Made by a program: the position numbers and the translations under genes. From Octopus sinensis (taxonomy: Eukaryota): a stretch of 64,000 nucleotides of DNA. The DNA is taken from positions 55,676,001-55,740,000 of the forward strand of contig NC_043007.1 in assembly GCF_006345805.1 (NCBI RefSeq), written 5' to 3'. The notes below the pieces were generated by a model, which ran no database searches, was not told where the DNA came from, and saw only the letters and a list, made by a program, of their open reading frames with translations. Positions 26,052 to 39,462 of this stretch are shown here, one piece after another. How positions within the stretch are numbered: the stretch's first letter is position 1; each line of letters starts with the position of its first letter.

Positions 26052-27223
26052 TAGGCATGACAGAAGTAAATAGACACACTTATAGTCATTAGAATTTATT
26101 TAAATCTGAAGTTATACATTCAAATTATTTATTAATTGTTATAGTGTCAACATTTAATATTTAGTAGACATGCCCTTTACATTATTCAGTGCCAGGACCC
26201 TATTATGCTTGTTACAGATTAGATGAATATTCTCTAGCGGAATGTCTTGCCAAGTTTCAAGCAGTAATCTCAAAATATCTGGATTTGAAGATGCTTTCAT
26301 GTTCTTTTTATGAAGTGTTCTGTCCATTATTTCCCAGAGGTGTTCAATAGGGTTCATAACTGATGACTGGCTCGGCTATAGACGCTTTTTCTTGCCAATC
26401 TTATTCAATAAATCTTAGATCATTTCAGCCGTGTGACAAGGAGCCCATCTTCCTTAAATAAAGAGTCTTATTCAATCATTTCACCACTGGAGAAGATTAG
26501 AAGGAATATTTTTTGCAATATGGACACATATTTATCTGAGTTTAAGTTTCCCTCACACTCCACCAGCTGTTATCAACTATTGCTCCAAATTGCTCCCCAG
26601 ACCATCACAGAATAGCCGCCGTGTTTCATTGTTGGCTGCAATCTTTTCACATAGAATTCTTGATCACAGATTCTCCAAACCCACACTCGACAGAGAATAA
26701 AAGAGTGTTCCAAAATGCTAGTGGCATCTCACTGCCCAATCTTTTCTCCGCTTGATGTCGGCTGGTCGAAGTAGTGGCTTCCTTCTTGTTGCTCTGCCAT
26801 AGTAACCAAGTTTGTAGAGATACATGACAGCTGTTCTGGGACTGACATCAACTTGTTCTGCTATGTCAGAGGCCTTGGAGCGAGGATTATCCTTCACACT
26901 TCTCTTAGCAAAAAGAACGGTCCTGTCAGAGTGCCCTGGTTGGTCTTGGCGAGGTGATGTGAATGGCTTCCCCTCTCAATCACTCTATTAACTGTAGAAA
27001 GCGGGATCCCAAATTTTTATGTCTAGCTTCAAAATGACCCACATTGCGGCCTCTTTGAAATTCAGAGAGTTCCAAAGGTTTTTTTAAATTTTTTACATGG
27101 AATGATTAAACAGTCACATATAGAACCTGAAACATAAAAATGTTGATAAAAATATATATATACCATTACATGTTAGAATAAACATAAAACGATGTTTTAA
27201 TGTATTTACTTCTTTCAACCCTG
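26052..27223 (-). mobile_element. Decayed Tc1-like DNA transposon
   Basis: Paired-domain ELSEFQRGRNVG...GIPLSTVNRVI, QDGAPCHTA and MNPIEHLWEIMDR...KGMSTKY*. Degenerate TIRs share (C/T)AGG..TGA.AGAAGTAAATA at 26052 and 27223. Confidence 0.85.
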
Positions 27224-27369
27224 CATATATATATGTTTACATACATACACACATATATATGTGTATGAGTTAGGTCTATGTTTTTATGTTTGTTTCTCGC
27301 CGTTGCATACGCCAGTGTTGCTTTCTTTACATCCTGCAAAATAGAGGTTCCATACATTTGGTAACAAAT

Positions 27370-28030
27370 CTGAAAATAATAGCAAAAAGAAATTCTTCAA
27401 GTTTGCGTGCCGTCCTTTCACAAAAACCTCATCAAACAATATTTGGCTTTCATTACAGGGTGAGAAATATAGACTATTCCCCTATGGCACTGACAGTTCA
27501 GTTACGATTATTGTTTTTAACTTCCTGGATAGCAGGAACATTTCTGGCTGGAGCTTTGTTAAGGACACCTTTTCTGTGCAGACCAGTCTACCCTTTAGGT
27601 CAACCTGCATCTCCTAGTTAGAAGCTTGATGTAATATAGAAACCGGGTCCCTCCTCTCATATTTCCTTAGGAATTTGGTACGTTGGATGAGGATCTTTGT
27701 CAGCTTCAACTCTTTGCAGGGACGTCTATTTGGAAATTTATGTAAGCATCTTCTCATGCCTTTATTTGTATCGCCTTCCACCCAGTGACCCAGGGCTTCC
27801 AATCAAAATACGTTTCAAGGTACGACAAATTGTTCCACTCTGCTTGCCGGGTGGATTTTTCTCTTTACTCCTTATTTTAAGATTGAGTTTGTCAAGCGAT
27901 CAGCTCCAGCTCATATGACGGAGAACAGTTTTCTCTGTTCTGTACTCCAGAATTCTCTCCCGGACTCTGGGTACTCAAGTCTCTGGTCCCATTATATCAA
28001 TTGTCCGAGGCGGGCATTATGAGTTCCTTC
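27370..28030 (-). mobile_element. Decayed RLE-type LINE 3' remnant (R2/HERO-like endonuclease)
   Basis: KLQPEMFLLSRKLKTIIVTELSVP*GN resembles RPDIVLWSRKLKTVILIELTVPWEEN. Many stops. Confidence 0.55.
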
Positions 28031-28370
28031 TTATCTCAGGTGTTGGTACTTTCTATCCTTAAGAGATGTATTGCCCAGTCCTAATCGTCCTGAATAAAAT
28101 ACATCAGCAATCTCCGCTGTTTTCAGTACGTTTCCGATTCCTTTACAGCCTCCTAAGCCTTCCACTTCCTGCCGTTCTTTTTGCTTTGCTGGCATGTGTG
28201 ACTTACTACCGCTAGACAGTAATGTACTGACAGCACTTACCTCCCATTCCTCCATCACTATTGGGATTATTCAAGAGAAACTAAACATCATCTGTACAGG
28301 TTGACTCAGCTGAACATTGTGGGAGCGGCAGCATGTCTTTCGGTCTCTTTCTTTCTCTTTCACTCTCCCC

Positions 28371-28441
<71 letters not shown>

Positions 28442-28710
28442 TATACGCATATATGTATGTATATGTGTTTATACGTGTATGTATTATATTATGTACACTG
28501 AAATCTTGTATATAGATATGCATGTACGTATGTATGCATGTATGTATGTAAGTATGTGTGTATGTATATATATAAATATATATGTAAATATCTATCTATA
28601 AAACTGAGAATGTGTGTGTCTGTCTGTCTGTATGTGTGCATCACTAAAACCTGAAAACTACACCCTTGCTATATATATATATATATATATATACATACAT
28701 ACATATGTAA

Positions 28711-28760
<50 letters not shown>

Positions 28761-28961
28761 AGCGGAGATTGCTGATGTATTTTATTATATATGTATATAT
28801 AAATATGTATATATACATATATATTTATATATATATTGTGTCTATATATAGGTATATATATATACATGTATATATATATATATATATGTGTATATATATG
28901 TAGACATATATATATGTATATATATGTAGACATATATATATATATGTATATATATGTAGAC

Positions 28962-28993
<32 letters not shown>

Positions 28994-29309
28994 TTATGTA
29001 TATGTATATATATAAATACACATACCTGTACACACACACATACATATGTAATTACTATGAAGTATTGTGTAGAATATATTGTATAAAGGATCGTGGTTAA
29101 GGCCAGAACAATATGAAGTAAATACAAAACAAATCAGAAGAAATCAAATATATGAATTAATGTAGACTTACCTTGCATTCAATATTTTGGGGATATGACC
29201 CCATTTCCAAGAAATTAGCGAATGTTACCAATGTGTGTATGTGAGATCACACACACGCACACAAACAGACACAACCACAAGCACACGCGCACACACACAC
29301 ATACATATA

Positions 29310-31110
29310 CAGGGTGCGTAAGATACTTGAGGACAGAATTGTTTATAAAAATCAGATATATACGAGGGGCGTTCAATAAGTAATGCCCCTGACCCACTTC
29401 CCATAGCAGTAGAGCAACGACACTTGGCACAGTTATTAGTATTTTCCTACATAGGAACTACCCAGAGTTATGCATTTCTCCCATCGTTTGATACAGCTCT
29501 GGAGACCGTTTTTGTAGAAGACCCCAGCTTGGTCCTCCAACCACGACGTGACTTCAGAAATCAAGGCTGCATCATCTGGGAAACGCTTTCCTTTCAAAAT
29601 GAACTTCATGGCTGGGAAGAGGTGAAAATCAGAGGGTGCAAGGGGAGGAGTTCATAGCTGCACGCCTGTGCTTCTGATCTGGCGACACGCGAGTTGTGGA
29701 CCGGAGCGTTGTCCTGCAGGAGGAGGATGCCTTTGCTGATCTTGCCCCGCCTCTTGATTTTGATAGCTTCTCTTAATTTCCTCAAAAGGGAAGCATAATA
29801 GGCTCCTGTAATTGTGGTACCCTTTGCCAGGAAATCTGTCATCACTACTCCATCCTGGTCCCAGAAGACTGTGAGCATAACCTTGTCAGCGGAGGGCTGC
29901 ACCCTTGCCTTCTTTGGAGGAGGTGAGTCACGGTGCTTTCACTGCATTGACTGGGCTTTGGTCTATGGATCATAGTGATGGACCTAGGTTTTATCCTGTG
30001 TGATCAGTCTTTTGAAAAATTTTGACTCATCTTCTTGGCACATCTCCAAATTCATCCTCGAGCACTCAAAGCGTTCTTGCTTCTGGAAAGGTGTGAGCAA
30101 CCTGGAAATCCATCTGGCAGACACCATTTGCATATGCAAATGGTCATGAATGATAGTTTTCACAGACCCGGTACTAATCTTGACCTTATGGGATATTTAG
30201 CGAATAGTTATGCGTTGATCTTCCAAAATGGCAGCCTCAACTTGACGGACAGACGTCTCATCAACGGCAGAAGGGGGCGACCAGATCTGGGAGCTGTTTC
30301 CACTGAGTTCCGACTATGTTTGAATTCACAATGCCAGCGTTTTACAAGGTCATATGATGGGGCATCATCACCATAAGTTAGTTTCATTTCATCAAAAGTC
30401 TCCCGTGGTGTGCGTCCTTTCAAATACAAAAACCAGATCACTGCTCGACACTCAACAGGCTCCATTTCACACTTGACTCAGTTCAAACACCTGTAAACAG
30501 AAACCACAATTAGTTCAGAGCTGTAATTCGCCACTTAATCTATAGAGGTATAAATAAGTGCACGTGCAAAATTTCAGCTAGATCAAACAACTGCAAGTGG
30601 GTCAGGGGCATTACTTATTGAACGCCCCTCGTAATAACAGATAATAACTTTATTTATCAAAAAATGCTTTGAAGATAAAAATAAACGTTCTTTTCTATAA
30701 TGTTATTCACTAAAGCCACCTTCAGCTTCAACAACTGCTTCTATATGAAATCTAAATCAGTTGCCTGCTCGTATCAAGTGGTCCCGGTTCATTTTGGACA
30801 TTACTCCGACTATGGCAGCTTTCAAAGAATCTTTGGTGTTGTGGGCGTGTTCATTGCCCTCTATCTCAACTACGCTCTACCTGTAATTGTTCAATGGATT
30901 GTGATCTAGGGAATTAGGAGACCAAATGTTAGGAGTTATGTGCTCATGAAAATGTGTTGCTCGAGCCATGGGTGATAGTGCAGAGTCTTACTGAAAAGCA
31001 TATAACCTGAAACATATATGTCCTTCCATTGCATACTCTGTCTATCCAGGGCTTAACAATTATTTCCAGGCTGACAATCCCTAAAACCATGACAATTGCA
31101 GGAAATTTTG
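29310..31110 (-). mobile_element. Older Tc1/mariner (maT/DD37D-style) element fragment, split by the mariner insertion
   Basis: TA|CAGGGTG terminus at 29308-29316. From 30632 to about 31110 the minus strand gives KPWIDRV, FQ*DSALS, HITPNIWSPNSLDHNPL and HNTKDSLKAAIV...IEAVVEAEGGF. Confidence 0.75.
29363..30631 (-). mobile_element. Full-length mariner (DD34D type), 1269 bp, inactivated transposase
   Basis: Perfect 37-bp TIRs (29363-29399 / 30595-30631) with TA on both sides. Peptides MEPVECRAVIWFLYLKG, APRSGRP, WISRLL, QDKT*VHHYDP, KVMLTVFWD, LLQDNAPVH and LAPSDFHLF. It has four stops, a frameshift and a deletion of the YSPD motif. Confidence 0.97.
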
Positions 31111-31540
31111 TATACATAACACTTGGAACTTCAGAAAGGTCTGAATATATTTATCTGTCATTTCTTCTGTTAACTTTTTGATCTTGGTCGAAGTTTTGTC
31201 GTTTGAGAAAAAAACAAATCAGATCTTTTGCTAGATGTTTTCAGTTTGTTTAAGAGCATTTTAGATGTGATCTAGTAATTTTCTTTGTTTGTCTGTGTTT
31301 GTCCTCCCATCCCCAACATGCATATATATATATGTATATATATATATGTATGTATGTATATATATATAATTTACACACACACACACACACACACACAACA
31401 TATATGTAAACGAGTGGATGCTGAAGCATTGTGTAAACTAAAATACAGGAGGATCTGTTAATTATGATTTTATTCAACATATTCTACTCCCAAATTCACA
31501 CACACATCGTTTATATATTATTTTTATTCTTTTATTCTTT

Positions 31541-31735
31541 TACTTGTTTCAGTCATTTGACTGCATCCATGCTGGAGCACCGCCTTTTGTCGAACAAATC
31601 GATCCAAAGACTTATTCTTTGTAAGCCCAGTACTTATTCTATCGATCGCTTTTGCCCAAATGCTAAGTTACGGGGATGTAAGCACACCAACATCCGTTGT
31701 CAAGCGATGGTGGGTGGGGGACAAACACAGATGCA
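31541..31735 (-). mobile_element. tRNA-derived SINE (OR/OK-like, Deu/Nin-type family), 3' part
   Basis: Matches the 3' half of the copies at 45.8, 51.2 and 57.2 kb (tgctggagcaccgcc..., agtacttattctatcg). Confidence 0.85.
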
Positions 31736-31791
31736 CGAATGCATACATACATACATACATATATATATATATGTGTATATGTATATATAGA

Positions 31792-31827
<36 letters not shown>

Positions 31828-31900
31828 CATACATACATACGCATTTGTATATTTATGTTTGTAAAGGTACAGGTATACATGTATACATAATACATACATA

Positions 31901-31950
<50 letters not shown>

Positions 31951-32085
31951 CATACATATATATATACATATATATATATACATATATATATACATATATA
32001 TATATATGCATATATATATACATATATATATATACATACATATATACATATATATACATACATACATATATATACACACACACAC

Positions 32086-32128
<43 letters not shown>

Positions 32129-32153
32129 CATATATACATATATATATATACAC

Positions 32154-32184
<31 letters not shown>

Positions 32185-32275
32185 AGTAAGGAAAATTTTT
32201 TTTTAAAATGCAGAATGCTCAAATGAAAGAAAATTTTAATAAAATGAGAAATTGATAAAATATATAAATATATAT

Positions 32276-32316
32276 TTATTCAACCGGTTTTCGTCATTGT
32301 ATGACTTGTCAAGAAT
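32276..32316 (-). ncRNA. Decayed minimal hammerhead at the Penelope 3' end
   Basis: The minus strand reads tattc-TTGACAA-gtca-tacaa-tgac-GAAA-accggt-t-gaata. Stems I and II are perfect and stem III is palindromic. The core differs from CTGATGA by three transitions, and there is one extra A. Confidence 0.6.
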
Positions 32317-32950
32317 ATTTATGTTTTAAGAAGTTTTTTTAAAAATTAGAAAGGGGAAAAAAAGAAAATTGCATTGTTTTTTGTAAAAGAATAATGATAA
32401 AAATGTACAAAAATTAAAAAATAAGTTCTCCGATACATTGTGAGTTCGTTGTGTATCTTGAGTTTTATGGTTGTTTACGAAAAAATTACCTTGAGGTGTT
32501 AAGATCCAAAGGGATTAAGAGCATGTGTTGTGTTGTGTTGTTAAATTCAGCATGTTTGCAGGACAGGAAGTAGTAGTAATTGTGGTCCTGGTTCTTCAGT
32601 TCCTGTGTTGTGAGTAAGGGGAGACAACTCTTTTGAGTTCTTCAATAAAACCCAAATTATAAAACTATCATTTTAGCTTCATTTGCATTATCTTTTTTAT
32701 ATAATTGCTTGTTAACTTAACTTTCAGATTTTGACACTTTATTTATATTATTTTCTAATAATATAAATCTGCATAGACAATTGCATTTCAAATTGTCATA
32801 TCATTTATAATAAAAATGATAGTAATAACAACAATAGTAAAAATGATATTTAAAGAATATAAGTTTTAGCTTGAAGTGATGAATGCATGGTATCTTTATA
32901 TATTTGTGTTAGTCCATCCATGAAGAGTGAGGTAGAGAAAGGAAGTTTGA

Positions 32951-34550
32951 TCAACGAGGAGTTTGCATATTAAGTTGTGTTTGGAATTTTTCAATAAAGA
33001 GATTCTCCTTGTTAATTCTCTCCTGTGTGGTGATCCCGTCTTTACATTGGTAGAAGGGGAATATATAGAATTTGGGGTTTAAGTCTTTAGCACATGAGTC
33101 TAAGTGGTCACTCAGTGGAATTTGTCGGTATTCCGGGAGATTTATTTGTTCTTTATGCACCGTTACTCGTTTACGTAACGGGAGACTCGTTTGTCCAACA
33201 TAATTATGTTGGCAACCAGCGCATGTGAGAACGTAGATAAGGTTCTCGGAGGAACAGGAGAAGTTAGTCTTGATTTTAAACTTCGTACCTTGTTTGAAGG
33301 TAAATTCAGAGCCTTCAAGTAGAAAGGGGCAGGTACCACAGTTTGAGCGTGCACATTTTTTTACTGTTGGGGGTGGATGTGGTGTGTGAAGTTTGGCATT
33401 TGTCAAGAGTTTTTTTAAATATTTGTGTTGCCTTTTGCATTTGAGGATTTTGTGTGTATTTATAATGTTTTTCATTTTTGGGTCTGTTGACAGTAGACTG
33501 AGGTTTTGTATGATTGTGGTGTATGCTTCGATATTTTTGGGGTTGTGGGTGGAAATGTATGGAAGTATTTTGAGGTTGTGTGTGGTGTTAGGTTGGGTGG
33601 TTTTCAGTGTAGTGTTGTCTAGTTCTTTGGCGCGTTTTATTCCATACTCTATAAGGGTGGAGGGATATTGACGTTGTAATAGTGTTTTTTTGAGGTTTTG
33701 AAGGCGTATTTCTCGTGTTTTTGGATCCGAGACAATGGTGCATACCCTTTTAGCTAAATTGAAAGGGATATTTGTCTTGGTGTGTTTTGGGTGGCATGAA
33801 CTAAAGAGGAGGTATTGTTGTGAGTCTGTAGGTTTGTGGTAGATGTCTGTTATGATTTGGTTCTTAGGTGTTTTTATAATTAGGAGATCAAGGAATGGGA
33901 GATGATGTTTGCTTAATTCCATAGTGAATTGGATGTTGGGATGTATGTTGTTTAGTATGGTTTTGAATTCCAGGAGTTTTTCATAAGGTTCTTTCCATAT
34001 GATGAAACAATCATCTAAATACCTTTTCCAGTTTTCCATTAGGTAGGTGTGGAAAACATGTCCAAATTTCTGGCTTGATATTTCATAGAGTGACAGTTCG
34101 AAGTAACCCATTATGAGGTTCGCAAGGACTGGTGCAGCCTTGGTACCCATCGCAATGCCACATTTTTGACGGTAGTGTGTGTCGTCGAAGAGAAAAAAAT
34201 TGTTTGTCAGAATGAACTTAAGAGATTCTGTAATAAAAGACTTGTTAATGCGGTCAGGGAATGTCTCTGGGTGTTTTTCTAGCCAGAAGTCAATTGCCTC
34301 TATACCATACTCATGTGGAATGTTGGTGTAGAGGTTGATGACATCAAAGGATACCAGGAGTGCCTCCTCGTTAACTGTTTTCGGGAGGTGTTTGAGCATG
34401 TCCAGATCATCCCTAATGAAACTTTTGATGTGGGTAAGGAAAGGTTTCAAAAGGATGTCTAGGAAGTTAGTCAGGCGGTGTGTTTCACAGGAGGTACCAG
34501 CCACGATGGGCCTTAGTTTTAGGTCCTCCGGTGCTTTGATGTTGATGTGG
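32951..34550 (-). CDS. Penelope-like RT plus GIY-YIG endonuclease, uninterrupted for about 530 codons but lacking its N-terminus
   Basis: LRPIVAG, LVSFDVINLYTNIP, QKCGIAMGTKAAP, WKRYLDDCF, LPFLDL, DIYHKPTD, linker CARSNCGTC and NLIYVLTCAGCQHNYVGQT. Confidence 0.92.
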
Positions 34551-36528
34551 ATGTCAGTGCATACATATACATGCACATTTGGATGTGTATAGGTACATGT
34601 ACGAAAACTCAAATAATTGAAAGAATTCTAAGATTCGTAAGACCAGTTCTTTCGGTTTTATGCCACTTTAAATCAAAGAGACCGTAATTTTATCACTTCA
34701 GTTCTAGGTACTTCCAATGTGAGTTTTTCAATTTCTCGACATATAAATGCAATTCCGATACAGAAACTGGGGTGTATTCGTCAGAAATGCAGCAAAATAT
34801 CTATATATTATTCCCTCTAATATTCCTTATGTTGTTATGGTCACATAATGAATGGTGGTCTAAGAAGTCATTGATGCGTACTACCTCAGTGATATCGAGT
34901 CCCACTTAGCTAGTAACAACAACGTCACTATTTTCTTGCAAGGATGGAAGTCTGTAAGGGAGGGATATATACGATTAAATCAACTACAAATATATTTTGT
35001 ACTTACTATATAGACACTGTAGAGGTTGGAACTCAAACTTCGAAGAACGTGACTATTTAACTCATAGCGTTTGACACATCATCCTACTGTTTCCGGTAAG
35101 ACTTTGCATATGGTCACTTATATGGGGAATGTAATCTAGCCATGTTATGCTATTAATCATTGTATCGATGATGGAGCAGACTTGACGCTAATACGGCGGA
35201 ACAAAAAGCTTAGAAACAAAAAGCTTAGAAAGTTCGGCGCTTTACTGTTTGAATTCCGTATGTCAAGCAGTTTAGAAACTGCATGTCACTACGAGGATAC
35301 CTGTACTCCTGACTTACCTGCTCGGTAGGCTGGCTGGCGTCGATTCCTAATGTAGGTTGACGACTGGCTGGCTGTCCGGTTTGTTGGCTGACTGACGTGA
35401 GAAGGATGGGCGAGTAAGGGTTGGAGGTATGTTGAATGGATATAATCCTCTGCGCCTTCATGAATGCGTTACTTTTGCGTCTGCATGTATGTTTGGCTGC
35501 ATGCCTGTCCGCATGTCTGTCTGTCTGTCTTCTTTGTAAGCCTGTGTTATTGACTAACACTGGCTTGCTATGCAGGCTGATTGGTTGTGAGAATAAAAGA
35601 ATAAACTAATACGTGAATGAATGAAGCAAAAATGTAAGAATGAATGAATATACGAATGAACGAATACGAATTAATGAATTAATATCTTCAGTCGTTTGGG
35701 TTCTATTTTACAACCGGCGACTACTATTGACGGGCGATGGAATGTTGTTTCTATTGTTTTGATTATCCACCTTAATAAAGACAGACAGATAGAGAGATGT
35801 TGGAAAGGATGAATAAGAACGGAAAAGTAGAGAACGCAAGGGTCGAAACACGGCTACAAATATATATATATCTTTGGAAAGATAGATGGTTGGGAGGACA
35901 GATAAATTAACAGACATACAGCTACTATGCAAAATATATGCACGTATGCATTGGGAGTATCATTTTGGACGCTGATCCTTGCCATCAGAGTGGGAACCGG
36001 CTTCCGAAGCTTATTATTTGAATTTTTCGCATTGTTAGTAACTAGGCCCAGATTCACAATTAAAGGTATTAAATCCGTTTTTTGGGGACCAATTTTGGTA
36101 CCACAGACATTGTTGCAGGATCTGATTTGCCACCAAGAACAACGGTGATATTGAAATAAGTGCTACACATTAAAAAAATATTAAAATATTTCTGTTGCTT
36201 TACAAATAAGTAAATAATTCGCTTCTCTTGGCTACAACTATTTCGTGTTAAAAAATAGCTTGTAACTGATTTAGTTGGAAGTAAATATGATAATCTCTTA
36301 GAAGAGAAAACTCAAATTTTAATCTATTAGTTTATATTCAGATTTTATGTCTTAATACTTTGTCAATGAAAGGTTTGAGGGAACAACAGTGTTTAGTTGT
36401 GCTTAGGATGTCAGTTGCCCTTAATCCGATCCTAATTGTAATATACATACTTATCAATTTATATACATGAATACATGTATATGTGAATGAATATATGTAT
36501 TAAGCTTATATATTCTAATATATGCATG

Positions 36529-36598
<70 letters not shown>

Positions 36599-36989
36599 TA
36601 CACACACACAAGTAATGCCTTCCTGAAAATCTTGCCGTTACATGAGGTCCCGTAATGTAATATCAATTTTCCCCATCTTTATGTCATAATGTGATAATAT
36701 GCTCCGAAGCATTTTCTTTATGAAAACCAAAACAATAAAAAAAACAAAACCAACATGATTATTTTTATGCATAGAAATAATTTCTAAACACATACGGTAC
36801 AATATGTATACATAAAAATATTTGAAGAGAAATATGTTAAGAAATATATAAGAATCGCATTATTGTAATAGGATTTGTTCTTGCCACAATAAACGTTAAC
36901 TACTATGCAAGGAGTTATTGTGACGGAATGTTGGTTACAGAGAAGATGAGGAACAATATCTTATATCTTGCAGTTCATTAACAATATCA

Positions 36990-38040
36990 TTGTAGCGCAG
37001 AGTCAGAAGTGAAATTGTTGTAATTTTTGTTACATTCACGATTCGGGATGTTAGCAAAAACTTGCATCATTCTTCTATAAGTTGCAACCATTAGGTTTTT
37101 TATGTTGTTATCAATTTAAGTGACGTTGAGAATTTCCGCATTATCATCTGTATTCTCAGTTTGCTCTCAGTCTAACAGTATCGGCTCCTCTTTAGAAAAA
37201 ATCTTTCTCTACGGTATACTAGTAACTAAACCACATCATCTATAACACCTTCAAAGCCGACATCATTTGCAATTGTCATGATATCTTTATGAATTTGAGT
37301 TGCTTTCGGAAAAACTAGTAAAGTCATGGATACACTCTGACTATGTATTTTCAAAGCACCGTTAACATTTGATAGTCCTGCTTCTTCCCATGGCTCAGCC
37401 ATGTAACCCACAGCATCCATTGTGTTGAACTTCTCCATATGTCTCTAATTGTATGTTTATTTTCCTATCAATTGTTTCCATAGGTTGTTTGAAAGTTCTC
37501 AGATAATATGCCTTGAAATTAGCTGCTCCAAAGAAGTATTCTTGAAGATATATTCTACTCTCACATTATCAGAAAACTCATTTAATTAAGTTCACTGGAT
37601 TGCTTAGCACATTGTCTGAAAGGAGCAATGCTTTGTTGAAAATATTATGTGAGGCACTCTACCTTTCTACAGCAAGACAAAAGAGTTTGTAAACCACTCT
37701 TCGAAAAGGCTCTTAGCCATGCTTTTCTTTTTTAATATTAACACGAAATCAAAGGCAAATTAAACTTTCAAAGCCCTTCGCTTTTCAAAGTGATACACGA
37801 GTAAGGGTTTTAATTGCATACCATCGCAACATTTCCTCTCAGAAGAAGCGTCGGGCGATTTTTGGAAGCTTTATATAATGAGGCCGATTTTCTTTTTCGC
37901 GAAATATAAGTTCTAACACAGTTGCATTTCCAGGAAAATATGCATATCTCCAGCGTGTAACACGCTTCGCCAACTATTTTCTTCTGTTACCCAGGATAAT
38001 TAGTGACAGCCTCTGCTTCGCCATTTTTAATGTGTGAAAA
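36990..38040 (-). mobile_element. Decayed Tigger/pogo-like transposase remnant
   Basis: GEAEAVTNYP, RTYISR..KSA..KASKNRPTLLLRGN and KFNTMDAVGYMAEPWEE...IMTIANDVGFEGVIDDV. Confidence 0.75.
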
Positions 38041-38721
38041 TTCAAACGCTTCCAGCCAGCCTTTACTAGTTAGAAAAAGTTTTTCATTAGAAGTTTCACC
38101 TGTTTTTCTCTACTAATTGTCATGAAGACATTTTAAAAATTACTATCGTGCTTATCAACGATCCTCGATTCATACATCCGAGAACCGATCTATTTTATGC
38201 ATCGCAGATCATTGAAAAAAAGAAGCTAATTTGTAGCCTTTAGAGAACTTCATTTAATATTCTATTTATTGTTATGTAATGTTTCTACTGCAGACCTTTG
38301 TATGCTTTAATGATTTGACAATGTGGCTGTATTTTTCTTTCGCATCAAGCCCTTTTAAAGCACTAAGTATAATATCCAGCGTAATTATTTTGACAGTTTC
38401 CTTTCATAGTATTGCTTTCTGTTCTACTTAATGGCTTCTTTCCAGATATCTTGAATTGTTGGTAAATCTTATAGTAGAAGCACTCAACATATATTCACAA
38501 CAAATAAGTTGTAAAAAAATGGAACCAGGATCAAAACATTTTGTGAGTTCCAAAAATTGTCTCATTTCTGTGGATTTAAGGATGGAGATGAGATGAAAGG
38601 GTGAAGGAGTAAAGCGAAAACAAAAACTGAACAAACAGAATATAATAAAAGGTTACCTGGTTCGTGCGTACCTCGTCGATTGCACCCATTACTTTAACCA
38701 TAAAACTAAACACCCTACTCC

Positions 38722-38809
<88 letters not shown>

Positions 38810-39124
38810 CACACACACACCCACACACAGAAAATACAAGCAAACACAAACACTCCGTCGTGTTCACATACAGCTTATGTAACTACAGATAGCTTTCATG
38901 CTGATACTATAAATGCGGTTGCTAGTTGATTATTCAAAAGTTAGTGCGTTGGTACTGCGGAGGGGAGATGTTGGTTGTATATGTTAGGTAAAAGTGGCGA
39001 AGAAATTGGTAGGATATTTCAGGCTGAGGTTATTTTGTTCTCGTTAAACATATTGTTACTACTATTTAGTCTCTTTTATCTGTTACTTGTTTCAATCATT
39101 AGAATACTTCTATGCGAGATCTGA

Positions 39125-39445
39125 ATCATCTACATGCCCAAGTTAAATGGCCCTGGTACGTATCGGACATTACTCTAGCTATGGTGGCTTTCAAAGAATT
39201 CTTGGTATTATGAGAATGTTCATTGACCTCTCTCTCAACAACATTCCTCACATAGTAGTACAATGAATTGAGATCTGGTGTGTTTGGAGGCCAAATATTA
39301 GGGATTATATGGTCATGAAAATTGTCTGCCGCGCATTCTTATGTGATAGCGCAAAGTCCTGCTGAAACACGTACGGCATTCCATTATGTACTCTATCTAT
39401 CCAGGGTTTGACAACTGTTTCCAGGATCTCAATGTAGCCAGCAGA
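39125..39445 (-). mobile_element. Second fragment of the maT/DD37D-style element
   Basis: AGYIEILETVVKPWIDRV, YVFQQDFALSHK, IWPPNTPDLN and HSHNTKNSLKATI; homologous to 30.75-31.07 kb. Confidence 0.8.
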
Positions 39446-39462
39446 ATTATATATTATATATC

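Larger units (their letters stand above)
32270..34550 (-). mobile_element. 5'-truncated Penelope-like element (Neptune-like) with 3' UTR
   Basis: An open RT plus GIY-YIG frame, followed by about 630 nt of 3' sequence ending at a decayed hammerhead. The 5' junction is near 34550, where the ORF runs into microsatellite-like flank. Confidence 0.88.
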
